A DNA stretch of 63,345 nt, filler included, from Reticulomyxa filosa (taxonomy: Eukaryota > Protista > Foraminifera), in assembly GCA_000512085.1 (NCBI GenBank). It is 16 parts of 16 records of this genome, joined end to end, with 100 filler letters (N's around TTAATTAATTAA, not from the genome) between each part and the next. Parts side by side here need not be neighbours in the genome. Positions count along the whole stretch, not along the records: positions 21,433 to 28,912 come from ASPP01006570.1; positions 29,013 to 46,050 come from ASPP01006774.1; 14 more parts are not named here. The stretch is one strand, 5' to 3'. Below the pieces are notes generated by a model, which did not search any database, was not told the DNA's origin, and saw only the letters and a list, made by a program, of their open reading frames with translations. How positions within the stretch are numbered: position 1 is the stretch's first letter; each line of letters opens with the position of its first letter. The position numbers and the translations under genes were made by a program. Of this stretch, positions 25,001 to 37,874 are shown piece after piece.

Positions 25001-28000
25001 TATCCATTCAATCCGAAGCATTACACAAGGTCGTGAAGCGTTGGAACGCGGATCACACTTTTTCCAAAGAAGATTGGATCGAATGGCTCAAGTCCTTGCA
25101 AATCGAACTGCTGAAACAGAGTCCTGCTCTGTTGCTACGACTGTGTGTTGCCTTGGCACAACGTCATGATCCCCTCGCCTCCGAGTTGTTCAATGCGGCC
25201 TATCTGTCGTGCTGGACCGAGTTGGAAGATTGGATTCAAGACAAACTCATTCAGGTACAATGTCGTGCCTTCACCGAGGCACAGTCCAAACCCGGTAGCG
25301 TTCCCAACGAAGTGCTGCTGACGCTGCTCAATCTCACCGAGTTTATGGATCGACAAGGACATGGACTCCCCGTAGGCGAAACCAATCTGGGCAAGGTCGC
25401 CGAAATCTGTCACTCGTACGCGAAAGCGCTGTATTACAAGGAGAAAGAGTTCCGCTTCCACTTTTCCAACAGTGTGGCCCCTTTGATCGAAATCAACAAT
25501 CGTCTGCAGCAAACCGAGGCAGCCGAGGGCTTGGTCGAGTTTGCACAGCATCGACAGCAGATGGAAGTGTTTGCAAGATGGTTCGAAAACTTGCATCGCT
25601 GGGAGGACGCCCTGGACGCGTATGAAAAGAAGCAAATGGAAAAGCCCATGGACGTGGAGTCGACCGTCGGACGAATGCGATGTCACGCTGCGTTGGGACA
25701 TTGGAATCAGCTGCACGCACTGGCCATTCGCAATGTGTCGTGGGATGGAGCACACAAGTCCGATGCAAATGAAATGAAAGGATTGAAGCACTCCTCACCT
25801 CGTGACGGAGCAGCAGGAGGAGGAGGAGGAGGAAGAACTGGAGGAGATAGTAGTGGTTATCATAATCTTACGCAAACGCGACAATCTGAAATGGCAGCCT
25901 TAGGTGCTATGAGTGCGTGGAGTTTGCAAAAGTGGGAAGACATGACCTCATTCACACAACAAATGAGCGAAGACGAAATGGTGGCCGACACGTGGTTTTA
26001 TCGCGCCATCTTGGCTGTGCACAACAAGGAGTACAAATCAGCACTGGAGTATATCGACCGCACTCGCGAGGCATTGGACGGAGAGATGACGGCGTTGGTC
26101 GGCGAGTCGTACAATCGCGCATACGATCTATGTGTGCGTCTGCAGCAACTGGCGGAGATGGAGGAAATCGTGTACATGCAAACGCATGTGGAACCGCAGT
26201 GGAAGCAGCGTCTGAAGCACGTGTGGGCCAAACGACTAAACGGCTGTCAAAAGACAGTGGCAGTGTGGCAAAAGGTGTTGTCGGTGAGACAAATGGCGAT
26301 ATCGCCCAGAGAAGACGTCGACACATGGCTCAAGTTTAGCTCGCTGTGTCGAAAGAACGGACATTTGGTATTGGACATGCAGACATTGTCGGCGATGCTG
26401 AACGAGACACCAGAGTATTGTCTGAGGGCGTTGTCGACAAAACAGTTCCCGGAACTTTACGCCAAGGCACAGAGCACGAACAGCGATATTGACAGCGCAA
26501 AGATCACATTCAGTTTGGCGAAGCACTGTTGGAGCGCAGGTATGCACGACCAAGCAAAGGACTTTTTGCATTATCTAATCACCGAATTGACCAAGACGAG
26601 CGAGCCACGAGAGCTGAATATCGAATCGGCGTATAGCGAAATGGTGGCCAAGTGCTACGTGAAGCTGGGCGTATGGGCACAAGAGAGCACGCACGATCTA
26701 AACGACAATGTGATATCGCAGGCTACGCAATACTTTAATGCAGCCACGCAACATAACACCAGTTCGTATTGGGGATGGCATGATTTGGCCGTGATGCACT
26801 ACGAGGCAATCAATCGTAACAATACCACACACGTCGTCGCTGCAGTCACGTCGCTATTCCAAAGCATCGCATTGGATCACAACACCCATTATGGCACGCG
26901 CTTGCAAGACATCCTTCGTCTGTTGCAGGTGTGGTTCAATCACGGCAATGACGATCGCGTGTCCAACGTGCTGCGCAATGGCTTCAATACTGTCCCCGTC
27001 GAAACCTGGCTGGCCGTCATTCCACAGATCATTGCACGTCTGCCCACGGCGTCTAAGGAGATTGCCACGCTCATCGAAGAGCTGCTCAGCAAAGTAGGCA
27101 AGCAGCATCCACAGTCGTTGGTGTACCCTCTGGCCGTGGCAAGCAAGTCAGCACAGCAGAAGAAGGGCGCCAATAGCAACGAAAAAGCAAACGAAAACGA
27201 GCTTTTGATGACCAAGATTTTGAATCGCATGCGAGGATATAGTCCGTTCCTGGTGGCCGAGGCCTTCATGGTCAGCGACGAATTAATCCGCGCTGCCATC
27301 TTGTGGGACGAACGATGGTACGAGGCATTGGAGACAGCATCGCGTCTGTACTTTGGAGAGAAGGATCCCAAGGCCATGTTGGCTCAGGTGGACGAAATGC
27401 ACGAGGTGATGAAGCAGGGCGCGACCACGCTGAACGAAATTGCATTCGAGGACACGTATGGAAGAGACTTGGCAGAGGCTCGCGAGTGGTGTCAGCGCTA
27501 TCGTGTGACGGGCAATGAAAGTGATCTGAATCAGGCCTGGGAGTATTATGCCTTTGTGTTTCGACAGATATCGCAACATTTACCCAACTTGAAACACTTG
27601 GAGTTACAATACGTATCTCCCAAACTCCAAAAGGCACAGGATTTGCAGTTGGCCGTGCCTGGCACGTATAATGCTCATAAAGACACAGTGTCCATTAGCG
27701 CGTTTCAACAGTCTCTCCGGGTTATCGACAGCAAGCAGCGACCTCGACGCATTGTGATCCTCGGCAGCGACGGCAAAGAGTACGCCTTCTTGCTAAAGGG
27801 ACATGAAGATCTTCGTCTCGACGAGAGGGTCATGCAGTTGTTTGGCTTGGTCAACACCTTGTTACGCAATGAAAACGAAACACGCAAACGCGGATTGGCC
27901 ATTCGCGCGTACAGCGTCATTCCACTCTCGCCCACTAGTGGTGTCTTGGAATGGATGCCGAACACAGACACTTTACATAGCTTGATCAAAGAGTATCGCG

Positions 28001-28848
28001 AGTCGCACAAGATGCTGAATAACATTGAAAACATTCTGATGCACCAAATGGCTCCCGACTTTGCCAAACTCTGCTTAATGCCCAAAGTCGAGGTGTTTGA
28101 GTACGTGCTGCGACATACCAGTGGAAAGGACTTGCAGGAAATGCTATGGCTCAAATCTGCAAGTGCAGAGGTCTGGCTGGAACGCAGGACCGAGTACGTC
28201 CGGTCTTTGGCTGTCATGTCCATGGTCGGCTATATCTTGGGATTGGGAGATCGCCATCCTTCCAACTTGATGATGGACAAATACTCTGGCAAACTGATTC
28301 ATATCGACTTTGGCGACTGCTTCGAGGTCACGATGCAACGAGACAAATTCCCCGAAAAGTTCCCCTTCCGCTTAACTCGTATGCTCATCAATGCTATGGA
28401 GGTCAGTGGCATCGAGGGCAATTATCGAATCACGTGCGAGGCTGTCATGTCCTTACTTCGCACCAACAAAGAGTCCATTCAGGCTGTCATGGAGGCCTTT
28501 GCCTACGATCCTTTAATCAATTGGAGATTGCTCACCACTGACAACGACAAACAGCCTCAGGTCAAACCGAAACATAAAGATATCGTGCCCAGTGAGTCCT
28601 TAGTCTCTACCTTGCCATCCACTGCTCAAGCAAGACCCAACTCCTTTGTCGAACAATTTGAACACGATGAATCCATCAACCAAAAAGCCGTCACTGTGCT
28701 GAAAAGGCTAAGTCAAAAACTCCGCGGCAGAGACTTTGACGATGGTAAAGAGTACACTGTCAATGAGCAAGTACAACGACTCATTCTGGACGCAACTAGT
28801 CACGAAAACTTGTGTCAGGCCTATCTTGGCTGGTGTCCACTTTGGTGA
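21433..28848 (+). CDS. TOR: Target of rapamycin kinase (HEAT-FAT-FRB-PIKK-FATC), 5'-partial, one -1 frame change in the G-rich linker at 24788-24825
   Basis: HEAT repeats (ALNDEVFEVR, LGILGAVDP); FAT (YAKALYYKE, GESYNRAY); FRB (AILWDERWYEALETASRLYFG); kinase (SKQRPR, LLKGHEDLRLDERVMQLFGLVN, LGLGDRHPSN, HIDFGDCFE, PFRLTRM); FATC LCQAYLGWCPLW*. Confidence 0.97.
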
Positions 28849-29012
28849 TATTCTCACACGTACACATATTAGCATTTTTCCATTTATACCTCAACTTTTT
28901 TTTTTTTTTTTTNNNNNNNNNNNNNNNNNNNNNNNNNNNNNNNNNNNNNNNNNNNNTTAATTAATTAANNNNNNNNNNNNNNNNNNNNNNNNNNNNNNNN
29001 NNNNNNNNNNNN

Positions 29013-29947
29013 AGGGTTTCTTGAGACCACAACACGAAGAACTATGTTTCAAAATGGTCAAAGATGCACTAATCACAAAAATGGATAATATAATGGACCG
29101 AACGAATTTGAGACCATTGCTGGCGCTGATTGCAGTAATGCCTTACATTTGTTATCACAGTCGACATTCTCCGGAAAAGTTAACCGATTTGCCGCGATTA
29201 TTCCGACGATTGGCGGAAACATTGGACGTGGTCAGCAAGAAATTAAGCCACAAATTTCGTGATTATGTCAAAAGTCGTTCCGCAATTGATGAGGACTCGT
29301 TCTTACGAGACATGTGTCCTTTGATTGTGGAAAATTTCTTTGATTCGTACGCCAAAGTCGCAGCCAATTATTTTGAAGGGTTATTGGAGTCTCCTGGAAT
29401 GGAGCACTATCACGCCACCATTTTCAAAATTTGCAGATACTTTTTAGAACATGGAGCCAATTTCTTGTTATGCTTTGAAAAGATTATTGCCAAAGCACAC
29501 AAAGCAGTCTCGGGTGGAAAAATACCACGAGATGTATCCGACACTGCTACTGATTTAGTACGAACTGCCATTGAACATGTCAAATCAAACAAAGAGCAAG
29601 ACTCGCCTGATGATTTTATTGACGTATCTCCTTTTCCAGAAGCTGGATTAAAGTTTCTTTTTTGTTGTCGTTGTTCTTTTTTTTTTTTGCATTGTTTGTG
29701 TTAACTCACTTTTTTTTTCACTCCAACTTTTCACATGTTTGATCATTGCAGACAAGTAAGTCGACGTCTTTGGCAAATTATGGCTCAATGTCCGATCATG
29801 GTTGATAAAGCTAAAAGAAATACAGAAATCAACAACGTTGCTCTGAACAAAACGAGCAACAGCCAAACCGCCGAGAAAGTCACCACCAAAGCGAATATTC
29901 CAAAAATCAACGTGAATAAATCAGACGGAAACTCCGGGGAAAATTAG
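29013..29947 (+). CDS. C-terminal exons of an alpha-solenoid protein, tentatively Furry/Tao3/Mor2-like; 5'-partial
   Basis: RPLLALIAVMPYI and DSFLRDMCPLIVENFFDSYAKVAANYFEGLLE resemble the MOR2-PAG1 C-terminal region. In-frame phase-2 intron at about 29652-29751. Confidence 0.45.
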
Positions 29948-30468
29948 GACAATTGTGTGTGCGTTATTCTTTGTTTCGTGAATAACTGTTCTACAAGACA
30001 CTGCAAAAAAATATTCTGCTATGAACTATATTGTACCTAACATTGTAACATAGGTGTGTAGTTTTTTTTAACAAAAATATATTTAAAAAAATCAAAAAAT
30101 GATGAAATTTTGAAATGGTGTGACTTTTTTTTTCCTTTCTCTTTTTTTCTTTTTTTGTTTTTGTTTGCTTTGTTTGTAAAGGGTAGCAATACGGAAAGTG
30201 TTAATGACGGGATAATTTGTACAGAAATGCCCAAACATTTTTACAAAAAGTGTTTATGATATCTCTACTCACTAATCTGAACAATATATCTTTTTTCAAT
30301 GTCTTGTCTGTAATCATTTAAAATTTCTTCTTTGCATCAAAAAAGCGCTTAGATTCCAAATAGCTACAATCATTATGAGTAAACGTGCAATGCAAAGTAA
30401 GCGCAAACAAACCAAACTTTTTTATTTCTCCTGTAATGTTTAGGCATTAATAAAAAATTAAAATCAAA

Positions 30469-31591
30469 ATGTGCTTGAATAAACATTTTAATTGCAAGAA
30501 GAATTATTTGCGATTTTGGATTTCATATCAACAGATACTCTTTTTTTATTATTGTGACAGAAGTCGTTTGAATTGGGATATGATTATGACAATCTGGTTC
30601 GTATTTACTGTAACCGCGATCGTGCTTTCCTTCAATGGCTATTTGGGTGTAATTAATTACTTGTGTCAATCTGTTGTTCCAGATGAACACGCAAACAAAA
30701 AGTTCTTTTCTTTTCTTACGTCCTCCACTTTTTTTTAGAGTCAACGAACAAACTAAGTTCCGATACTATTTAATAAAATGCAAATATAGTGATATATGTC
30801 AGAGGCCAGAAACAGACACAACTTTCGAAAGATTGCACAGTAATATAACACTTGAAAGTTATACGGAACATCATTTATGTACAGCTCGTAGTGAAAAACT
30901 TTTATTTTGGATTACTTTTTCCTGTCTTACATTTACCTCGATACAGCTAATGCTTTCGATGTTTCAAACGCAAATTGGTTTGTCACATTTTTGTTTTTGT
31001 TGCAACCATTTTAAAAAGAAAGTAAATAAAATATTAAGAACGAAAAAAATAGAGGCAATTTGTCAAACACTAGCACATCAAGATTTGTGCAACATGTTGC
31101 TAACTATCGACAAAATTAAAATTGCCAAAGAAAACTACACTAAATTCTTTGTAGAAATGCACATGAAAACACTAAACAAAGTTGTCGACTATTTCAAACT
31201 CAAAGTCCCATTAGAAATTGAAAGAGAAATTATCGGGATGATATTCTCAAAAGAGGAAATGAACTGTGCTTCGATCACTTCTGTCAATTCAGTACAAAAG
31301 GTAATTAAATTATCAGCTACTAGAATATATTCGTTGCCAATCGATCAGGAGGGACATGAATTATCGTCGGCTGGCCAAGCTTCTGTGCAAAGAGGTCATC
31401 GTTTGAACAATATTGTTTTGGTAAAAGAAAAATATGCAAAACAAGAGGCACACATCGCAGATATTTGCATTGTTTTACAAATGTTTGGAATATTTGTTTT
31501 AATATTCGTCCTCGTGGCGTCATTACTTATTACAGTTAGTCATTGGGGGCATTCAATGATTCTGAGTAAATTTTTTTCATCTGTCTTGTAA
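30469..31591 (+). CDS. Hypothetical membrane protein
   Basis: 305-aa ORF plus an overlapping upstream ORF. Three hydrophobic segments (MIMTIWFVFTVTAIVLSF, LLFWITFSCLTFTSIQLML, ICIVLQMFGIFVLIFVLVASLLI). Confidence 0.45.
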
Positions 31592-32135
31592 AGGAATTTT
31601 GTTTTGTATGTGTATTTGTTATGATATAATTTTTTTTATTGTGAAGCGTTCATCGAAGTTCTGATGTTTCTTCCTAAGATATTTTTTGTGTATATATCTC
31701 TATATTATGAATAATGTGTTTTTGTGAAGCTAAGATTTTCAAAAATGTTCACCACTTTTTTTTTACAAAAAAAGTTAGAGCAGCGTCATTTTAGCATGTT
31801 GTTTCATTTCGATTTTTTTCATCGGTGAAAAGGGATAAAACCTCTTTGTTCCTTAACAAAAACAGTGTGCATGATGAGTCAAATATTTGATTTTTTAAAA
31901 AGCGTTTTTACTAAAAGAACTGGACTCAAGTCCGTTAAATATCACCCATAAATATAACAAAGCCCAACAAAAACCCAAGCAAACAAAAGTACATTATAAA
32001 CAATGTTGAAGACAAGGAGACAGATTTTGTCCAACTCGTAGAACAGAGGCAGACAAAAAAAGAACAATCAGCACAACAAGCGATTTCAATGCAACAGCAC
32101 TTTGACATGAAGGGAAAAAAGATAGACCAAAGATT

Positions 32136-33608
32136 TTAATAATTACAAACGCGTGTCAAGACATCGCTTGGATTAGCATGTTGTTTGCGTTCGTTTTGGA
32201 TCAAAGTGATAGGTGCCATCCTCTTTGGTCTGTTATTGGCGCTGTTGGAAATTTCGGCCAGAGGGAGTCCGAGAAGAGAACTTCCTTTCTTATGCTTGCA
32301 AAGTTTTTGCACATCTTGTTTGTAGTTCTCGACCAATGCACGTAATCGCTTCGCACGAGAACGTGTTAACACCGGAGATATGTCTGTATAAATCCGAGAC
32401 GCCGGGAACATCAATAACAACAAAAAAATATGTGTATGTATACATTATACAAATGTAACGAGTAGCAAATTCCATTTATTTAGAATGAGACGGCAAGAAC
32501 GAACAAACAAGGGAAAAAAAAAAAAAAAAAAAATAATAATAAATTAACTTTTGGCACAATATGAGCGTGACCAAGAACATTTGAATTCATTATCATTGGA
32601 GACAAATTCGTTTTCTTTTTTTGATTGAGTCTTTCTCATAGTGCGGTGATGAAGCATCGAATTAGCCTCATTTCTATTGCGACTTGTGTTGCTGCTGTTG
32701 CTGTGATTATCATCACTGTTTATTGGACAAAATCGCTGAGTCAGCTTTCCTTTCTCTTCTTCTTCGTTTTCTTCGTCTTCTTGTTCATATCTTTCTTCAT
32801 TTATAGCAACCCCTCTCTCTCTGTTCTCCTCGTCGCTTGTAACGTAGTCCATGCTTCCATCGGCAGTAACATCGTTATTGTTGTTGTTGTTGTTGTTGTT
32901 ACCAGTATTGCTATCGCAATCAATACATTCAAAACAAAACCAATAGTCATTCCCAGGGACCGTTTCTCCCAAGCCAAGACAATACGTATGAAAGCCACGA
33001 TTGCACCCGTCACACAACAACAACAAGTGCTCGTCCATGCCCGAACCGCAACGGTCGCATTTAATGTCGTCCATGTACACCATGTCATTCAAGTTGCTGT
33101 CATAAATCGACTGGCAAGGCTGATTCTTTGTCTCTACTTCAATCCTTCGTTTTCCTTCCGCATTTTTTTTCGTTTGTTCTGTGCATTCAATTGAGTGAAA
33201 TCTCTTCTTGCACAATGGACATGTATTCGTTATCTGCGACCAATGCTCAATGCAGCTGACATGAAACACATGCTCGCCTTTTTCCCGATTGCGCATCCGG
33301 AATGTTCAATTCATTCATTTATATATACATATGTATGTATACATATACTTATATAAATATATTCTTATTTATATTTGTATTTATACACTTCATACGCAAA
33401 ATTTAATTTTTCTTTTTCACTCCTTTCTTCCCTCTCTCTCCTTCTTTTCCTCACTCATAAAATACACACATGAGTCAATTGCTGCTTTTTCACAACGACT
33501 GATGGCCTCCAAACAAACACAACAAACTTGAGCAGATGTTGGCGACCTAGTCGAATTTGCCGCATTATCGAATGGATAAGGTAATGAAGACCAAAATGAT
33601 CGTTTCAT
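32136..33608 (-). CDS. RING + PHD finger protein (PHRF1-like), 3 exons
   Basis: Spliced RING CCVCLEAI....AAIDS|CEHVFHVSCIEHWSQITNTCPLCK, then PHD CDRCGSG.DEHLLLLCDGCNRGFHTYCLG....P..YWFCFEC. Confidence 0.85.
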
Positions 33609-34965
33609 ATTCCCCTTATAGCACAGATGGAAAAACCTTTTCACAGCAAAAGCTTTTTTCTTCCCCTCTAGGTACCTTTCCAGACTTGAGGCTCGTATTT
33701 TTGTACGGTTACGCACAAACCGCTCTTTAATATTTGTAATTAATCCTTCTTAAATAACGATGATTAAGTGCATAAAATATGTATTTGCAAAAATTAAAAA
33801 TGAGATACCAAGTTTTCCAAAATAAGTAAAAAGTTATGAGACAAAAATATATTTGCTCATGTACAAACTTAAATTTCATTCGAGTACAATAATAGGAATT
33901 GTGTCCAACAAAAATAGAGAAAATACATATGTACATCTGATTATGAAAAGACTGCCATATTATATCTCAGCTCGGGCACTCTGAAGAGGTCGCTGAACAG
34001 AGTAACAACAGACAAGAAACGTTGAATTGAAACTAGCCAAACATTGTATTTTCTTTCAGCCATTTTAAAATACACAAATTTGAAACAAATTTTCAAAGAA
34101 ACACTGACAAATACCAGTTTATCACAAATTTCAGAGGTGTTTAATCTTCTAAAAAAAAATTGATGTTGCTGCAATGATTAATTTCGATTTTTGGTTCTTT
34201 CTTTTAGCTTTTTTGTTGCTGCTAAAGCCAACTTTATTCAAAATTACCAAACTCAATAAATTGTTGTAAATATACATAGCAATTTCATTCGTTTTTGTAT
34301 CATCTCGTGTCAACATATATTCATTTTAACTATAATTTTCAAGTGCTTTTAAGGATTGAAATTTATGAAAAAAACAAATAACTGCTGAATTAATTTGTAA
34401 CAATTATTTCTATGATAAAAACAATTCATTTAATAAACGTATATTTGTAAACTTTAACATAGTTTCCCACATTTAAATTTTTCAATTGATGTGGATCAAT
34501 TTTCATCTGTGGGAATTTTTCACAGTTTTCGCGATGTCGTTTAAAGCTGAAGTGAGTACCACCTTTTTCTTCAACAAACTGTACCAAATGATTGCTTAAC
34601 AAAAAAATGGCATCACAAAAATTACATTATCACTTAGTATCTTCACAATAAGGCAATGCTAATTTTTTTAAGTGTAAAAATTTTTTGCTGAAAGCAGGAT
34701 CCCGTTTAACAAAAAAGTGCAGCAACATTACCAAGCAACGGAATTTGATTCCAATGAGGTCGTTGATAAATAAAAAATATTTCGTTTGCAACGCATTAAA
34801 TTAAAAAAAAACAGAATAATCACGTATCCGATTTCAAAACAAAAACAATAACATTGACTGTTGCATACAACCCAAATTGCAACAGCGCATTGATTTGGAA
34901 GTATGACATATTTCACAGTTTTCCAATGTTTTTTTAAAAAATATCTAGTGGCTCAATTCCGAAGA

Positions 34966-36864
34966 TCAAGTGCAAGAAGCAGTGTTTTCAGAGCATTGCC
35001 GATCTTCTTCTGCAAACATGTCCAGCAAGACGTTTCCCAATCCTTCATATTTCTCGCAAAAGTATTGTGCTCGTTCCTATATTTCCCAAACAATAATAAC
35101 AATGATAATTCAAAATGGATCTCATGCACGTGTGCAATTGTGTGTCAAAAAAAACAAACAAACAAACAAACAAACTTGATGGCGAGAGATCTCTGATTTG
35201 GACATCGAGGAAACATTTCCGTCTTCATTTTCAATGACAAACGATTCGTTGGGGATATCAAAGACAGGAGCGTGAGCTCTTTGCGCGATAGGCATAAGCG
35301 ACAAAAAGTGAGGGATTTCCGCCAGTGTGTACTCTTTCGGCGGCGGAGTTATAAGCATGTTCGCTTTGGCCAGCACCGGCGCCAATTCCGACTTTACTGA
35401 CGTTTTTATCACATCCATCCAATACTGCGAGTCTTTTATCGCTTTCCTGTTCGCTCCAGTCGTCTGAAACAATCCCATCAAGATTCCCAAAAACTTTGGA
35501 GGCTCTGGATTCAAAGGCATTGTCTATTACATTTCATTATTTTTTTACAATAAAAATAACAACAAATAACAATTAATAGCAATAATAATAATAATAATAA
35601 TAATAATTATTATTATTATTATTATTATTATTATTGTTATTAATTGCTATTATAGCTAGTGATCGTATTGCATACATGTAACAACGTATACATCTCTTAA
35701 ATACGTATCCTTCTAATATTTGCAAAAAAAAAAAAAAAGCAAAAACAAACAAACAACAAAATTTTGCATACCATGTCTTTGGTGATTTCCGCCAAGCGCA
35801 CTTGTTGGTCTCTCCAACTGGGCAGCGTGTGTTCCATCGTTTTGATCGTGGTTTTGCAATACGAATCCGGTGAGCACGGAATTAAGAAGTAGTCGCTGCT
35901 CCAAAATAGTGACTTGTTCAGTTCTCCAATCGACGGTCCCATATCCACCAAACAATAATCAATCTTTTTTAAAAAAATGGTTTTAAATGTTATTTTTGTT
36001 GTTTGTTTGTTTTTGTATACACACATACATATACATATGTATGTGTGCATATATAACTTTGTAATGGGCACACGTAGATAAAAACAAAGCTCGGAAACCA
36101 CCGGCAATATCATTAAACAAAGGAAAGACTTTCGGATCAGTCACGTTATGAGCAAAGGTCAGCTGTGGCTCCAACTTTGCCAAGTCCAAACTTCCTGGCA
36201 GCAGCCACAGCTCTCCGCCGCTCTGCTCCGTCTCTTTCTGATGCAAGCGCACACAGTTTGCAGGCTCCATGTAATCTCCATCTTTCATCCCGTAGTGCAG
36301 TCGCTCCACGGCTGTGTATATCGTACCCCTTTTATCAACGCAGTACATTACACGCCACATACATATATATTTTTTTGCTTTGTCAGTAATTTGTACGGAA
36401 ACGCTCCTTTTTCGATGTTTCCGTTCCTGAACTCATTTTTTCATTAGCTTAAAAAAAAACAAAAACAAATGGCTCTTTTTTTAAAAAAAACCTGGCAATT
36501 TCGTCACGCCATCCAGCTTCGTTTTTGGCGGAGCTACAAACAGTTTGGGTCAGATTTTGTTGAGGATCCGCATCAATCAACAACACTTTTTGACCCCACT
36601 TTTTTGCCAGCATATAACCCAGGTGGTGCACATTTGTGGTTTTTGAAACACCTCCTTTATGTGCAAAAAAGCGATGATACGAGCGTGGCATTCAATCACT
36701 GTTTTGTAATTATATAAATGTGCAATTCCAAAAAAAAAAAAAAAAAGCTGCTCAGATAATGCACCAGTCTTTGCACACACACAAAACGCACCTTTTTCTT
36801 CTACTCTTTCTTTTGGTACGTCCTCCATGGTCAGATTTTTCATTTGTGTTACGAGCTCGTTCAT
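34966..36864 (-). CDS. ParA/Soj/MinD-superfamily P-loop ATPase of bacterial type, about 7 exons
   Basis: RIIAF(F)AHKGGVSKTT deviant Walker A, KVLLIDADPQQNLT, LWLLPGSLDLAKLE, DYCLVDMGPSIGELNKSLFWSSDYFLIPCSPD, PPKFLG, LAEIPHFLSLMPIAQRAHAPVFDI. Exons 36864-36792, 36698-36492, ~36448-36398 (uncertain), ~36330-36058, 35963-35772, 35523-35176, 35076-34966, with GT-AG introns. One T is missing in a poly-T run at 36665-36670. Confidence 0.88.
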
Positions 36865-37232
36865 TGCAAAAAGACAATAGAAATCTTGACAAGTTACCAA
36901 AACGACAATTTACCCCTTTTAACTTGACGAACAAGGGAAAACTAGTTGCTGACGCCAGCCGTCCCTTTGGAACATTAACTTTGTTATAATTACTTTTTCC
37001 TGTAATCCAACCAACTTTTTGTAAATTGCAAATGAAAGAGCAACCTAGAAGAGGAGTCATTTATCAAAATTTGGCTTGAGAAAACGAAAAATTGTATAGT
37101 GAATTGTAAGTAAAACATTTAAAAATAAAATTTAGTTGAAAATCAAATGCCAAAAAAAAAAAAAAATTAATTACGAATTTTGTATTTTTTTTGTGTGCAT
37201 TCCGTATTAAACGTTCCAATAATTTTCAAATA

Positions 37233-37874
37233 ATGGGGCTTATGCACAATTCATATTGGAGATTCTTGGCTGTTTTATTAATAATAAATTCCGTTTCTGG
37301 TTTTTTCTTTCATCAACCAAAGGCAACAAATCAAGCGTATTATGACGTCCTGGGGGTGTCAAGAGACGCAAGTGAACAAGAAATCAAAAAAGCATATCGT
37401 AAGTTGGCATTGCAATGGCATCCAGATAAAAATCCAGGAAATGAAAAAGATGCAGAAGCAAAGTTTAAGGAAATTTCAGAAGCATACGAAGCACTAACAA
37501 ATCCTCAACAATTCCAGCACGGTGGTGTTCATACAGATCCATTTGAAATGTTTCATGCTTTCTTTGGCGACGATTTTTCGGATATTCACGCTGGAAGATT
37601 TGGAAATGTGAAAAATCGTAGAAATCAAGGCCGCAATTTTTTTTCCAGTGCGTTTGAATTTGCAAACATAAATATGGAAAATTCTGGCCCTGGCATGTCT
37701 TTCTCGAGCATGTCCACAAGCACATCTTATGTCAATGGCAAAAAAATTACCTCAAAAACAATTATTCAAAATGGGGAGGAGATTTCTGAAAAATATGAAA
37801 ATAATGAATTGATTGAACGAATTGTTAACGGAATTAAACAACCACTAGAAGCAATTGGCCATAATGATATATAA
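37233..37874 (+). CDS. J-domain (DnaJ/Hsp40 class B, DNAJB6-like) protein with N-terminal signal peptide; intronless
   Basis: [33 protein letters not shown]...[12 protein letters not shown]; G/F-rich region with [11 protein letters not shown]; [26 protein letters not shown]...IVNG; hydrophobic leader [15 protein letters not shown]. Confidence 0.9.
   Translation: MGLMHNSYWRFLAVLLIINSVSGFFFHQPKATNQAYYDVLGVSRDASEQEIKKAYRKLALQWHPDKNPGNEKDAEAKFKEISEAYEALTNPQQFQHGGVHTDPFEMFHAFFGDDFSDIHAGRFGNVKNRRNQGRNFFSSAFEFANINMENSGPGMSFSSMSTSTSYVNGKKITSKTIIQNGEEISEKYENNELIERIVNGIKQPLEAIGHNDI

Noticed and set aside
21385-28541. Numerous antisense and alternate-frame ORFs over TOR and other genes
   Set aside because: Shadow ORFs of GC-richer coding sequence with no recognisable motifs.
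16636-28848. Apparent ATG1 - kinase - TOR 'autophagy gene cluster'
   Set aside because: TOR is on a different contig, separated by the artificial linker at 21333-21432, so the adjacency is an artefact.
34966-36864. ParA-like gene as bacterial contamination
   Set aside because: It has multiple in-phase GT-AG introns with the same homopolymer/(AAT)n character as host introns and shares a contig with eukaryotic genes.
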